From: Neovahlkampfia damariscottae
Taxonomy: Eukaryota
Direction of reading: 5' to 3'
DNA length: 33,535 bases
Assembly (NCBI GenBank): GCA_016618085.1
Contig: JABLTG010000021.1
Span: 124,001-157,535, forward strand
Below the pieces are notes generated by a model, which was given only the letters and a program-made list of their open reading frames with translations, had not been told where the DNA came from and searched no databases. The translations under genes and the position numbers were made by a program. Below, in pieces: positions 1 through 12,359 of this stretch; position 1 is the first letter of the stretch; each line of letters opens with the position of its first letter.

Positions 1-130
1 TTACCGGATAGCACTGCAAAATTAAACTTTGACCTTGTTCTACTTTGAAATCAAATTCAACACTCTAATTGGCCAAAACGCTTAAAAACAATTTTCATTC
101 GTTAACTCCAATAAACCGCAAAGCACAACG

Positions 131-760
131 ATGGACGAGTACAGTGACTTGTATGGCGATTATTTTGAAGACAGCAATCCAAGTTTTCAACTGTTCAACG
201 ACTCAACAGAGCTTGAGGGAAAAGAAGAAGTACTCCCAAAGTTCAACCCTTCTTTAAATGGAACTGTTGAACATGAGTTGAACTTCGTAATCGAAGAACC
301 TTATAATTATAAACCATATGTAAAGAATTCAGAAAAACAAAAAAACAAACAAAAAAAAGAAACAAGGTTCATTGACTTAACTCCGGATAACAAACTCAAG
401 AAACCTCGTTCTATGGAACAAAAAAGGACAATGAAACGTTCTTCAACACAAAAAACCATACCTTATAACTTAAATTATGATATCAAAGAATTCACCTCAA
501 ATAGTCAAAACCATCAAGTTGTAAATCAAGTGGGCACTGCAACTGTTTCTTATAATAGAGGTAAAAAAAAAGAAAAAGAAAAATTTTATTTTTTTAAATA
601 AATAGGTCCCTGGTCACCTGATGAAATCAACAGATTTGAAGAAGGGTACAAAACACTTGGTCATCGTTGGAAAAAAATATCAGTTCACTTTGTTAAAACT
701 AGAAATGTAATTCAAGTAAGTTGTTTTGGCCAAAAATATGTAAGCCGTATCGAACATTAA
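131..760 (+). CDS. Myb/SANT-domain transcription factor (SHAQKYF-like, C-terminal); exons 131-560, 606-760
   Basis: Splicing the GT..AG intron 561-605 gives RGPWSPDEINRFEEGYKTLGHRWKKISVHFVKTRNVIQVSCFGQKY, a Myb repeat. CCAAT at 108. Confidence 0.85.
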
Positions 761-1000
761 ATTAAATAAACTGTACTTTCTTGATAGTGACACTTTTTCT
801 TTGCAATTTCCTTTTTGAAAAGTGACAACCGAAAAAGTAAAAATTCAAACTAGAAAATATCTTCAAATCACTGATTGAGAGCTATTACCTGAATTGTATC
901 ACAAAAAAAAAGTTTTATATTTTTTTTTTTGATTCCTGTTCATTTTTTTATTTTAAAAAAAAACAACCAATCATCGTCAATTTTCCTTTTTCACTCAAAA

Positions 1001-1513
1001 ATGTTTAACAAAACAAAAAAACTTCTGGAACAACGTGTAACTGATCTCGGTCCAAAAATCAATTCATCACCACGTATTGTTCAAGATATGCCACCACCAG
1101 GAGGATTTCCACCTGTAAGAATGAGAAGAACTTTAATGACAAAATTTTGGTCACCATATACAATTACTTTGGTAGGAATTGGAATTATGACATATGGGTG
1201 GTATAAATATATCAAATTTACAAGAGTAAAAAGAAACCTCAGAGAAGAACAAAATATTTTGGAAGCAACAATTACTCCTTTTCTTCAAGCTGAAAATGAT
1301 TTAAAGTAAAAAAAAAAAAAAAAAAATTAAACGAATAGTTTTGTTGTACAAGAAAAAGCTTTTAAAAAAGTAGTTGGTGAACTCATGAAAGATGAACCTA
1401 ATTTTGATCCAGAACAAGTTTTCAAAAATAACAACCATAGATATCTTTATCCAATTCAATCTTTAAATTTGGATCAATTTAAAGACTGTGGTGTTTTAGA
1501 ATCTGAAAAATAA
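1001..1513 (+). CDS. NDUFA13: NADH dehydrogenase 1 alpha subcomplex subunit 13 (GRIM-19); exons 1001-1305, 1339-1513
   Basis: QDMPPPGGF motif, a TM segment and PFLQAEND. A 33-nt intron restores the frame. ATG at 1001 follows CCAAT at 967. Confidence 0.92.
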
Positions 1514-1556
1514 AACAAAAAAATTTTTTTTACAAAATTTTTTATTTTTTTTTTTT

Positions 1557-3203
1557 TTAAATGACTTCAGCGTTGTCAAAATCATTCATACCTTTATAAA
1601 TTTCAAGATCAACACCTTTATCAATTTCGTTTTTTGGTTTTGGATTTGTATATTTTTTCTTTCTATAAAGTTTATAACCATACATTCCAACTATTGAAAC
1701 AACAATTTCGAAAACTGCAAGAAAGATAAAAATAATCCACATTAGATCAGAAGATGCCAGAATACCAATACCTTTTTATAATATTAAATTACGAAAAAAA
1801 AAAAACTTACAACCAGCATTTCTTATTTCTTTGAATCCATCTGCGATATAAGTACAATTTGTTAACACATCAAAATCATTTGAAATAACTATAAATTCTT
1901 CACAGTTACCTATTAAACCAATGATTGCGTTTCTGTTGTTTGTTGTCATTCTATTGAGAGCAATATCGTTTCTAGCTAATGACACATTAGCAGCAACATA
2001 ATGAAAATCTTCATTCAGAGGATCAGCGTCTTTCATATTTGAATTTAATGAAGAAATCATGTTCGTTTCAAAACTCTGAGCTAAAACAGATAAAGAACCA
2101 ATGAATGTACCATTATTATTACAAGTTGAAATAATATCTAATAATTGTGTAGCAGTAGAGAATATTGCATTACCTCCTGTATTTCCTAAAGCTGCACTGT
2201 TTCCGTTTATCACATAATCATCAACAGAAGAACAAAAATCGGACATCACGACAGCACCTGAAAAATGACCAACAAAAAGAACTAAAGAAATTAAACCCAT
2301 TGTCATAGCAATCTTTGAAGACCATAGAGCAACACCTTTACAATGAAAAATTCCTGACATCAGCATAAAAATTGGAGCTAATAATGCAAAGACTAAAAAA
2401 ATAATAATGACCACATATCTCGTTTTATTGACACGTCCTACATCTCTTAACATTGTACATGATACATTTTTTAATTCTCCTTGTCCAGCTATTCAATTTT
2501 TTTTTTTTAATTTTTAATTTTTAAAATTACCAACAAGAGAATTCAATTGATTTGTAATTTGAACATATTCAGTTTGTGTAGTAGTTCCAGTTACATTGAT
2601 TAAAGTTAACCAATTATCTCTAATACCTTCTGTTGTGTTGTACATTTTATTTGTGGTTGTTTTTGTTGTTGTTCTACCAGATTCAAAATAAACATGAAAA
2701 AAATGACTAGCAGCAGCTCCAAAAGCACAAAATACACTTTAAAGAATAAAAAATGATAAAAAACAACTTACGCAATACAAATTAACAAAACAGCAACAAC
2801 TAGCATTGAAAGTACTCTAAGCCAAATTGGATATGGTTTTGTTCTTGGATTACCTTTTTTAAACCAACCTTTGATGAATTATTAACTTTTTTTTTTTTTT
2901 TTTAGTTTTACCTGTTGATGGTTCCATTCCACCCAAGAAACCACATCTTCTAACTTTTGGAAAAATCAAAAAGAATAGAAGAACAATTATTGTAACTATA
3001 ACACCAAATATTGATAAAACTCCAATTCCTTGCCAGTAGTCTAAATTCAAAGGTTGAAATGTTGTTGGTGCCAACTTGAAGGTGAAGGTCAGTCTTGGTA
3101 ATGATCTTCTCGCTTTATTCAAAGGATACAAAAAATCTAATTGTGCATTTGAAAAATAAAATAAACAAAAAAGAGTCAAAAGCAACAAGTGAGAATTTTT
3201 CAT
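1557..3203 (-). CDS. Tweety-family multipass membrane protein (multi-exon)
   Basis: Signal peptide, FQPLNLDYWQG followed by a TM helix, AVVMSDFC..DDYV motif and about 5 TM helices. ORF pieces are joined by short introns near 1772-1810, 2489-2530, 2737-2771 and 2854-2911. Confidence 0.75.
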
Positions 3204-3293
3204 GATTGACAAGGTTGAATTTTATTGGTCAAAAAACGAACGTCTTTTTATTCATTTTTTTATTTGGGCAATGGAATCACTTCCAAATTTTAA

Positions 3294-3683
3294 TCAAAAA
3301 TTTAAATTTTCTTCATGATTTGTTTTTACAATTTTTCCGGCTTTTATTTGTAAAAGTTTATATTTTGTTTTAATTTCCATATAATTATCACTAAACTCAT
3401 TTCTGGAAGCATCCAAGTTGAAATTGGAAATTAATTTTCTTAAAACTTTTAGTGTTTTATAAAAACTTTCTGAAAAATTTTGATCTGTACACTCTTTTGT
3501 ATATTTGAAATAAAATTCAGCATAACCATGTATTTGACCAATTTCTTCTGCAATTTGTTTTCCTTTCATAACTCCGAATTCATATCCTTCATCATATGTC
3601 TTTTTAATTATATGTTCTTTTCCTTTTTCAAATCCTTTTTCATAAATTTCTTTTTCAAACTTTAACACTTCATCAAACTCCAT
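3294..3683 (-). CDS. LTO1/ORAOV1-like (Yae1_N family) Fe-S maturation adaptor
   Basis: Repeated GxxxG pattern EKGFEKG..EGYEFGVMKGKQIAEEIGQIHG in a small 129-aa protein. Confidence 0.8.
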   Translation of the reverse strand: MEFDEVLKFEKEIYEKGFEKGKEHIIKKTYDEGYEFGVMKGKQIAEEIGQIHGYAEFYFKYTKECTDQNFSESFYKTLKVLRKLISNFNLDASRNEFSDNYMEIKTKYKLLQIKAGKIVKTNHEENLNF

Positions 3684-3724
3684 TTGAAAAAAATGAAATG
3701 ATTGGATGAAATAAATTTTTATTT

Positions 3725-5878
3725 TTAAGCAAAACCAAAACCTTCATTTCCATAATTTAATGCAATAGTAATAGATTCTAATAATTTTTCATAACTTGAA
3801 TAATTTGGTAATTCGATGGTATTTGAGCATGTGTGAGAAAATGGAAGTGAATCTGATGATCCTGATATTTTTTTCACAAGTTTAATTTTAGGAGTAAAGT
3901 TTTTAAAACCACCTATTGGTACTTGAGTTGTTGAAGTAATGAATTGAAGAAGTCTTGCTCTTTCTTCTTGATTCAAGTTGTCGATTGCAATCCAAAACCA
4001 TTTTTTAATAGTGGAACTGATTGAAGAATAATCAACATTATTTTTCCAATCTTCAACTGATATTTCAGGCAGCCCACAAATCAAATATTCAAGTTCATTT
4101 TCATCGAAAATATTCAACCAATCCAAATGAACCATAGATTGCAATCCTTTCATAAAACTTTCAACTTGTTTTTGCACTATAGTTACAAATTTATATTTTG
4201 TTAGTAGGAATAAATATTCTCTTTTGTTTTTGTTTGTAACTAATGTATTCTTTCCATGTTTTTTTAATTCAACAATTTTCACTTTATTGTTGGTCGAATA
4301 TTCTTCTTCTGTGAAATTCAAATCATCTAATAATTCTCTTGTATCTGGGTCATCCATATCTGACTCTAAAATAAATTTAATTTTTGTAGTGAATAATGTG
4401 GGATCTTCCATTTCAAAATCTTTATAATTGAATGGAATTCCAATCAAATGCTTGAAGAAAACATGAGAGAATGGAACACCAATCAGAATTTGTTCATATA
4501 AACATTTTCCAAAGAATTTTCCTGCAAATTCAAACAAATCATAGTTTTGATTTTTTGGATTGAAGCTTAACTTTTGTTTTTCATTGGGGGAGAATAATTC
4601 ATTATTTTGAAACAATTCAGTTGAAAATAATTGAATAAACTCTTTAAATAAACCACCTGCATCGATACCAGGTTCATTTTTAAATTGAATGACCCATTTT
4701 TTCTTCCAATGATCTGTTGGCATTTTGTTCAATAATCCATAAGCACTATTGAATAAATCTTGGCGATCAATCTTTAAAAACAAATCTTGGTAATAATTAG
4801 AATCATAAGAACTTGAAATTTGATTCTTAAAAAACATGAATTTTTCATCAAATGATGCTCCAACTTTTGAATGTAAAAAGTATTTGATCAATCCATAAAT
4901 GATCACAAAATCTTTTGATTTTATGATAAATTCTTGAAATTCACTGTCATTTAAAGTCATTTCAGTGGTTTCCTGATTTATTTTGACATTCACATTTCTT
5001 AATTTAAAAACGAATAATTTAACTGGAAATATGTAAAATTTGTATTTTATGAGTGAAATTTGAGTTGGTGATACTTTTAAATACATCTTTTCTTTATTAT
5101 TTTCAACTTCAAAATTCCCAATTTTTTCTTCAATTGATGATTTTAATTCATCTTTTAAAACAACAAGTTCAAATTTTTTGATCAATTCATCATCATAAGA
5201 GATTTCAAGTTGGTGAATACCAATTGTTTGAATTGAAAAGAAAGCTTTGTATCTTCCATTATCTTCATCTTCAACAATTTTTTGAAAATCATTGGTTTGA
5301 TTCATTGACATCAACTCAATTTGAAATTTATTTGAATTTCCACCTTTTTTTCTTTTGTTATGAAATCTATCAAAAGTTGATATAGTAAACTCTTTTTCAC
5401 CATAAAAAGGTAATTTATCAATTCCTTTAATTTCGCTGAATTTTGGTTCTATTTCTCCAGGAGAGATTTCAATTTTTTTTTTCTTGATATAACCATCATA
5501 GTTCAAAAAAATATGATATAAACCTGATTTTCTTGCTTCAAAAAGAATAAAGTTGTCATCTGTTATTTCTGGAATAATTTCTGTTACTCCTTCAATGGTC
5601 ACACTGAATTTTGTTGGTTCCTTCCATTCTGTTCCATCGTTGGCAATTAAACTTATTTTGAATTTTAATTTTTTACCAACTGTTAATTGTTTCTCTTCTG
5701 ATGTTATTTTGCATTTTTCTATTTCAAGTCTTCTAACAAACGGGTTTCTGAAAAAAGGTTTTGGTTTTGGTTTTGATTGAGTTTTTGGGCCTACATATGA
5801 GGGTATTTTGTCATATGAACTGACTATGGCATAAATTACATAACTGATGAACAAAGACAACAACAGTTCAAACAACAT
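3725..5878 (-). CDS. HECT E3 ubiquitin ligase with N-terminal TM and filamin-type Ig repeats (AREL1-like)
   Basis: EPGIDAGGLFKEF, RLLQFIT, PFSHTCSN (catalytic Cys) and terminal EGFGFA. Filamin-like DRFHNKRKKGG and DNGRY. Confidence 0.9.
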   Translation of the reverse strand: MLFELLLSLFISYVIYAIVSSYDKIPSYVGPKTQSKPKPKPFFRNPFVRRLEIEKCKITSEEKQLTVGKKLKFKISLIANDGTEWKEPTKFSVTIEGVTEIIPEITDDNFILFEARKSGLYHIFLNYDGYIKKKKIEISPGEIEPKFSEIKGIDKLPFYGEKEFTISTFDRFHNKRKKGGNSNKFQIELMSMNQTNDFQKIVEDEDNGRYKAFFSIQTIGIHQLEISYDDELIKKFELVVLKDELKSSIEEKIGNFEVENNKEKMYLKVSPTQISLIKYKFYIFPVKLFVFKLRNVNVKINQETTEMTLNDSEFQEFIIKSKDFVIIYGLIKYFLHSKVGASFDEKFMFFKNQISSSYDSNYYQDLFLKIDRQDLFNSAYGLLNKMPTDHWKKKWVIQFKNEPGIDAGGLFKEFIQLFSTELFQNNELFSPNEKQKLSFNPKNQNYDLFEFAGKFFGKCLYEQILIGVPFSHVFFKHLIGIPFNYKDFEMEDPTLFTTKIKFILESDMDDPDTRELLDDLNFTEEEYSTNNKVKIVELKKHGKNTLVTNKNKREYLFLLTKYKFVTIVQKQVESFMKGLQSMVHLDWLNIFDENELEYLICGLPEISVEDWKNNVDYSSISSTIKKWFWIAIDNLNQEERARLLQFITSTTQVPIGGFKNFTPKIKLVKKISGSSDSLPFSHTCSNTIELPNYSSYEKLLESITIALNYGNEGFGFA

Positions 5879-6010
5879 CTTTTTTGGATGACAGTGATTG
5901 GATTGTAAAAATAGAATTGTTTTGAATTGAATTTTTTTTAATTTTTGATGTCACTGAATAATTTAAAATTCATACTAAAAGTAGGCAATTGGATAATTTT
6001 AAACCAATTG

Positions 6011-7845
6011 ATGGACTTTAACGGAATTTTCGGAATTGAAATCGAGGATCAACTTCTTTTTCAACAAGATTCGTTCCTCGACAATACTTCAGATTTTAAA
6101 GAGAAGAACATTGTGAATCAATCTAAAATGAATCAAAAGAACAATTACTCTTCAATTTTTAGCTCGAAAACATCAGAAACAAGCACGTTTCATAATTTCG
6201 ATTTTTTAGAAGAAGAGCTTTTAAATGAAGAAGATATTATATATTCACCAGGATTTTCTTATTCACCAGAGAATAAGAGTACGAAACCTCATAATAATAT
6301 CACAACAGAATTAGAAAAAATGCTTGAAACTCAGACCAAAAAAATTGAAAGACCTGTACATTTTGAAACTAAAAAATTGGATATTTATCATGATGACACT
6401 GAATTAAACTTTGAATCACTCTTGGATTATGACCAACAAAATTTAAAAACCAACTTACAAATTGAATCACCAAAACATCAAGTTTACAGCACACAAAGTT
6501 TTATAGAATCACCAAAACATGTAATTCCTATAAGTTTTGAAGATATTCTTGAGTCACCTGTGAAAAATCAACATTTTCAAAGTCAAACTTTTTCCTATCA
6601 TTCCAAACAAGAATTTCGATCACCAAGAGAAGAATTTCCAATAAACTTTGAACAAATGCTTGATGAAACACCTACCAAAAAAATAGAAAGACCTGTACAT
6701 TTTAAACTAACTAGCACAAATCAAGAAGATATTTTGTGTGAAGGTGATGATTTTGATGCCCTTTCATTCTCAATTGATCAATATCAAATTGGTCTTTCTA
6801 TTAAAACTCAACAATTACAACAACGTCAACTTTATTTTTCACATCAAGAACAACCTAAAGTTCAATTTGATGAAAAGAATTATTCATACCACATTGAACA
6901 GCAAATTGAACTTTCAAAAAAGAAAAAGAAAACAACAGCATATTGTGGAAATTGTGGATCAAGATACAGATACACTGACAATAATGATCAAGGTGGATTA
7001 TGTGGAAAATGTTTCAGTTTAAAAGAAAATTTAAAAAAACTTCAAGAAGAAGAAGAAGAAGAAGAATTCAGTGATTCATCAGATGATCTTTGTTTATCAG
7101 AAACTATTGTTGATGAAGATGAATCACAAATTATTATTCCACAAAAATTACATAAATATTGTATTGGAACAGGAGGTGAATCGGTTAATAAAATTAAAAG
7201 TGAAACTGGATGTAATCATATTCATTTTTATCAAGATGGTTCTGTTCAATTATTAGGAGAAAGAAAAGACAGAAAACAAGCAATTAGAAAATTAGTTGAA
7301 CGTTTGGAAGATGTTGGTTGGATTTATGAAAATGATGAATGGATTGAAAGCAAAAAATTTGATCAAATTTGGAAAACATTCAGACAAGAAGCAAGAAAAC
7401 AATATGAACTGAGAAACTATTATAGAGAAGAAGCAAAGAATGCTTATAATGAAGGAGATCATGAATCAGCTGAAAAATTCAAAGAAGATTCAAAAATTCA
7501 TCAATTAAAATTCAAAGTAGAATCAGAAATTGCAGCAAAACGTATTTTTGAAGAAGTGTAAGAAAAAATAATTTCATCATTTAAATTTTTAAAAGTAACA
7601 AAAAGAATGATTTATTTACCATTGATCTTCATGGATTATTTGTTGAAGAAGCATTAGAATTTGTCGAAAAAAGACTTGAAGATGTTTCAGATGCATCAGG
7701 TGAAATATTAACAATCATTACTGGAGCAGGAAGACATTCAAAAGAAGAAAAAGCAATTTTAAAACCAAAAATTGGAGAATTATTGTCAAAAAGAAGTTTA
7801 TATTATTTCATTAAAGAAGGTAGAATTAAAGTTATGTGCGAATGA
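6011..7845 (+). CDS. Zn-finger / KH / DUF1771 / Smr-domain putative RNA endonuclease; exons 6011-7557, 7596-7845
   Basis: CGNC..CGKC, KH motif HKYCIGTGGESVNKIKSETGC, helical AKNAYNEGDHESA, and spliced exon 2 IDLHGLFVEEA..IITGAGRHS (Smr). Confidence 0.85.
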
Positions 7846-7897
7846 AATAGTCACAACTCTACTTTTTTTATCCAATAAAAAACGTTTCTTTTTAACG

Positions 7898-10872
7898 ATG
7901 AGTCAATCCAACTTGATGAAAGAAGTGATGTTTTGTAGAGACAAACATGATGAAAATATACTGATACAACTATTTCCATACGATTATAGTGAATCAGATT
8001 TGTTAATTTTTGTTACAAAATTAATGAAAGTTACAAATCAAGGTTTTTTAGTTCAGGACAGGAAGCATCAAAATAAAACTCATAAACAATGTTTAATTGG
8101 TTCCGAATATATAGATTGGTTGATGAAAAATACATCAATTGCTTCAGAAGAAGAAAACATTAGAAGACGTTTAACTTTAAAGTTCTTTTGTCAAAGTAAA
8201 AAAAAAACAAAATTAAAAAAAAAGCTTTACTGGAAATTGGAGTAATAAAACATGTTACAGAAAGAAAAAATGAATTCAAAGATGATCTTTACTTCTTTCA
8301 ACTTGTCAATTTAACATCCAATCAGATTTTAAAAAACTATGAAGATTTAAAATCCATTGTACTTTTATTAAATTCAAATGAAAAACTAAAAGAGTTAATT
8401 TTTATATTTATATCAAATTTAGATTTGAAAGACAAAAATATTCATTTCAAAAAACACAAATTCACTTTCATTGGTTCAGAAGTTGTCAATTTCCTGTCAA
8501 AATATTTTGACATTTCAAGATGTTTGTCTATGAAAATCTGTGATTTTATCAGACAACTTGGTATTTTCAAACATATCACAGATGAACAAAATTTTTTTGC
8601 AGATGAATTTGTATACTATTCTTTATCTGAAGATTGTTTTGATTTTTTTGAAAAAGAAATTGATACTTATAAACTATCAAATGAAGAAGAATTGAAGAAT
8701 TGGATTAAAAAATTGGAGAAAAATTTCGAAAGTACTCAAGAATTTACAACAATTCCAAATTTGTATAGAAACTTGAAAAAGAAAGATTTGCATGATATGC
8801 CACCATTATTGAAGGCAAATCTACAATATTTATTGTTGAAAAAACAATCAAAATACCTTTATGAACATGATTTGAATATTTTTATTGGTAACTGGTGTTT
8901 AAGTAATTCATCCATTTTGGAAGAAGAATCATTGAATAATTTTTTGCAAAAACATGAATTTGATGCTGACATTTATGCAATTGGAATACAAGAAATCGAC
9001 TCAAATGCAAAATCTTTCGTTAAAGAATCAAAGTCAAATATTACTTCAAGAATTGATGAAATGTTTGATTTAAATGATTACAAAAAAATAGAAACTTATC
9101 AAATACATGGGATTTATAATATGATTTATATAAAAAATGAATTGATGAACCATTTTAAAGATTCAATGATTATATTTTCTGGGATTGGTAAACTAGGTTC
9201 AAGAAGTAAAGGAGCATTAGGTGTCAGATTTTCAATTGACAGAAATTCATTTTGTTTTGTTTCTGGATATGTTTCATCACATACAAAACTACTTCAAATC
9301 AAAAATCAAAATTTAACAGAACTGATGAGCAAAATCGTCTTTGATAACGCTGTTGAAAAATTACAAATGAACGATCATGATTTTGTATTCTTTTATGGCA
9401 ATTTTAATTATGGAATAAGTTTAAAAAATGAAGATATTATGAATTTAATTGAAAAGAAAGATTTTAAAACAATTGCAGAAAAAGATGATTTGTACATTGA
9501 AAAAAAAAATTCAAAAATTTTGACAACCTTTGAGGAAGCTAATTTGAATTTTTGTCCAAATTTTATTGATAAAAAACAAACTTCATATTCAGATAGAATA
9601 TTTTGGTTGAAGAACAAAGATTTAGAATTGAACCAATTGGAGTACAAATCCCTTGAGAATTTCAAATCATCAAATTATCAACCAATCATTTCAACATTCA
9701 AAACAAAAATTTTATTAAAGAATTATGAAAAATATGATAATTTAAGAAATGAATTAATCCATGAAATATTGTCTTCCAAAAGGGATAAGAAAATTCTATA
9801 CGAAGTCATCTCTAAATTTCCATCAATTTACATAAATTTGGATGAAGAAGATAAAGAATCACAAGAAATCAGAAAGTTCTTAAAATATGATGTAATTGAA
9901 TATAAGAATTCAACTGATGATGTTTGGACCACTGCTGATTGTTATTTATTCTCTGATATCTTGTTAATCAAAGATACTATTTCATCAGATGAAATTGAAC
10001 AAGATGAGATATCTTCAGTATATTGTCATTTAATTTTTGCAGATTTACTTCAATATGATCAAGAAGAAAAATGCTTTGCATTAAAATTTTTAGATGAAAA
10101 ATATTCATTCAAAAATATTTCAAAAGAATGGATTTATTCAATTAACAATAACATTGAAAGTGAAAGAAAAAAATTAATCAAAAAAGATGAAAATTTGAAT
10201 GATTTATTGACAAAAAAAAAGAATATTAATAAAAAAAGAAATACTGAAGTTGATGAATTGAATCAAATTATTGGTGAATATGAAGAAATATTCAAGAATT
10301 TATTACAGAAGGACGATGATTTGGATGAACTATTTTTGTTTTATTTGAGAGAAGATTCTGCATTTTTACCTTATTATCAACAACAAATTGATCAAGAAAG
10401 AGATTCTGATTATGATTCGGATGACGAATCAGATGATGACAATTTCAAGTTTTTAGACGAATATTTGAATGATTTAAAACTAATCAAAGATACATCGTTA
10501 ACTATAGAAAAGAAGAAATCTATGAAAGATGAACTTCGTTTAATTCTAGATTATAAAATTGATAAGAAGAATTCTCTGAGTTCATCTTTTGAACTGAACT
10601 CAAAAGATTTTTCTCCTAGATCTGCTAGATCTCCAAGATTAAATTTAAATCCAAATAGTTGGAGTCCAAGATCAAAATCCAAAGTATCACCTGCTCCATT
10701 ATCACCAAAAGTGATTAGAACTCCAACAACTCCACGTTCAAATCCAAATTCAAATACTTCAACTCCAAAATCACCGAGATTGAATAGAAGACTTTCTGTT
10801 CGAGATAAAATTCAAAATATTGAAAAAATGGTTTCATCAAAATCAAAATCTGTAATTCAGAAATACTTTTGA
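7898..10872 (+). CDS. Tandem DEP domains + degenerate inositol polyphosphate 5-phosphatase domain + PH-like/coiled-coil/SP-rich tail
   Basis: DEP motifs CLIGSEYIDWL and TFIGSEVVNFL. 5-phosphatase-like DIYAIGIQE, KGALGVRF, FFYGNFNY and SYSDRIFW. Short introns near 8196-8224 and 8394-8421. Confidence 0.8.
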
Positions 10873-11068
10873 AAAGAAATACTTTAATTTGAGCTGACAA
10901 AATAAAAATTTATTAAGACTCCGCATTAGTTGTATGAATAAACCTTAGTTTTCTATTTGAATTGTGGCGAAGTCAATGTTACACCAAGGTGATCATCTTT
11001 CACTGTTTCTATAGGGATATGGAAATGATGTCCAGGGACTCACTTTTAAATCACTTGTCAAAAAGATA

Positions 11069-11353
11069 TCATTCAGAAGGTTTGAAATTTTCATGGCCAA
11101 CTCATGTAATGTATGCTGTAGAAGATGCGTTTGTTTTTTGTAACAATGTATCCAACAAATCTGATGTACCCAGTACCTCATTATTTTCGAATACAATGTA
11201 TTTGCCATTATATCTTTTAAGAATATCATCTCTTTGTTTGTAATAGTTGTCTCGGGTTTTTCTTATGAATTTTTAAGTGTTCTTCACTTTTTTTCTCCTG
11301 CTTTTGATGGCATTTTTAATTTCTTCTTCTGCTAGAAATATTGTTTTGTCCAT
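11069..11353 (-). pseudogene. Disrupted DUF5678-like small gene
   Basis: ATG at 11353, a frameshift in an A7 run (~11290), then YYKQRDDILKRYNGKYIVFENNEVLGTSD..AYIT*VGHE with in-frame TGA at 11104-11102 and 11071-11069. Confidence 0.45.
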
Positions 11354-11414
11354 TTGATTTTTTTGCTCAAAAGGTGTTCAATTTTTTGACCAATCAGCAA
11401 AAAAGTTTCGAAAA

Positions 11415-12186
11415 ATGTTAAAACTTGTCGTTTTTCTAGGACTTTTCTCTATGATTTTTTCACACTTTAGACTGGTACATCCAGCACCTAGATCATCAAA
11501 TACAGGAATAAAAAGTTATCCATGTGGAGGAAACGCATTTTGGGGTCAAGGTCAAGCTATAACATCTTTAAAACCAGGTGAAATGATTATAAAATGGGAG
11601 GAAACTATAAGTCACAAAGGATCTCCTTTCCATATTGCTATTTCAGCTGAAAACGATAATAATTATGATAAAATTATTTTAGTAGATCATATTCCTCATA
11701 ACGACCAAGGTTCTGCATCTGATGCAAATCCAAAACCTTATTCATTCAAAATTACGATTCCAGATATCAACTGGTAAATAAAAAAAAATTTTTAACACAA
11801 CTAAAAAAAAAAGCACAAGATGTAGTTTAGGAGTTTATAATCCAATGACAGATAAAATTCCAAAAGGATCATGTTGTCCTTATCCTACTGGCACTGATAA
11901 ATGTTTTTCAGTTTATCATTCTTGTTCAAATATTATTATTACTGGAAAAACACCTGTTGCACAATATACTCATAAATATACTGGACCAACTGGACCTTAT
12001 ACTCAAGAATCTGGACAATGGAACTACGATACAAATAATAAAACATGGACAATTGGAAATTATATTGTTAACACAAGCTGTGGAAGTACACCTACAACAT
12101 CACCTGGAAATGGAAATTCTGCTTCAACTCCATTCATTTCATCACTTTTAATTATGTTTGTTATCACAATTTTCTTATTAAAATAA
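11415..12186 (+). CDS. Secreted, probably GPI-anchored His-brace copper protein (LPMO-like); exons 11415-11773, 11814-12186
   Basis: Signal peptide then mature His1 (HFRLVHPAPR), PCGG, ETISHKG (second His), CTRCSL..MTDK, YHSCSNI, an S/T/G-rich linker and a hydrophobic C-terminus. Confidence 0.8.
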
Positions 12187-12348
12187 TGTTTAAATTTATT
12201 GTTGTATGATTGTGTTTTACAAATGAGTTGACCTTGCAATTGTTAGTTGTTGAAATTCACTTTTAAGTCATAAAAGGATGTCTCAAAGAACTGCCTCAAA
12301 TAAATTTCCTAATGTTTTCATCAAACAGCAACCAAAAGGATGTTTTTC

Positions 12349-12354
12349 AAAAAA
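12349..12354 (-). terminator. Pol III terminator (T6) of tRNA-Ala
   Basis: TTTTTT on the minus strand 5 nt after the discriminator base. Confidence 0.75.
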
Positions 12355-12359
12355 TTCAG

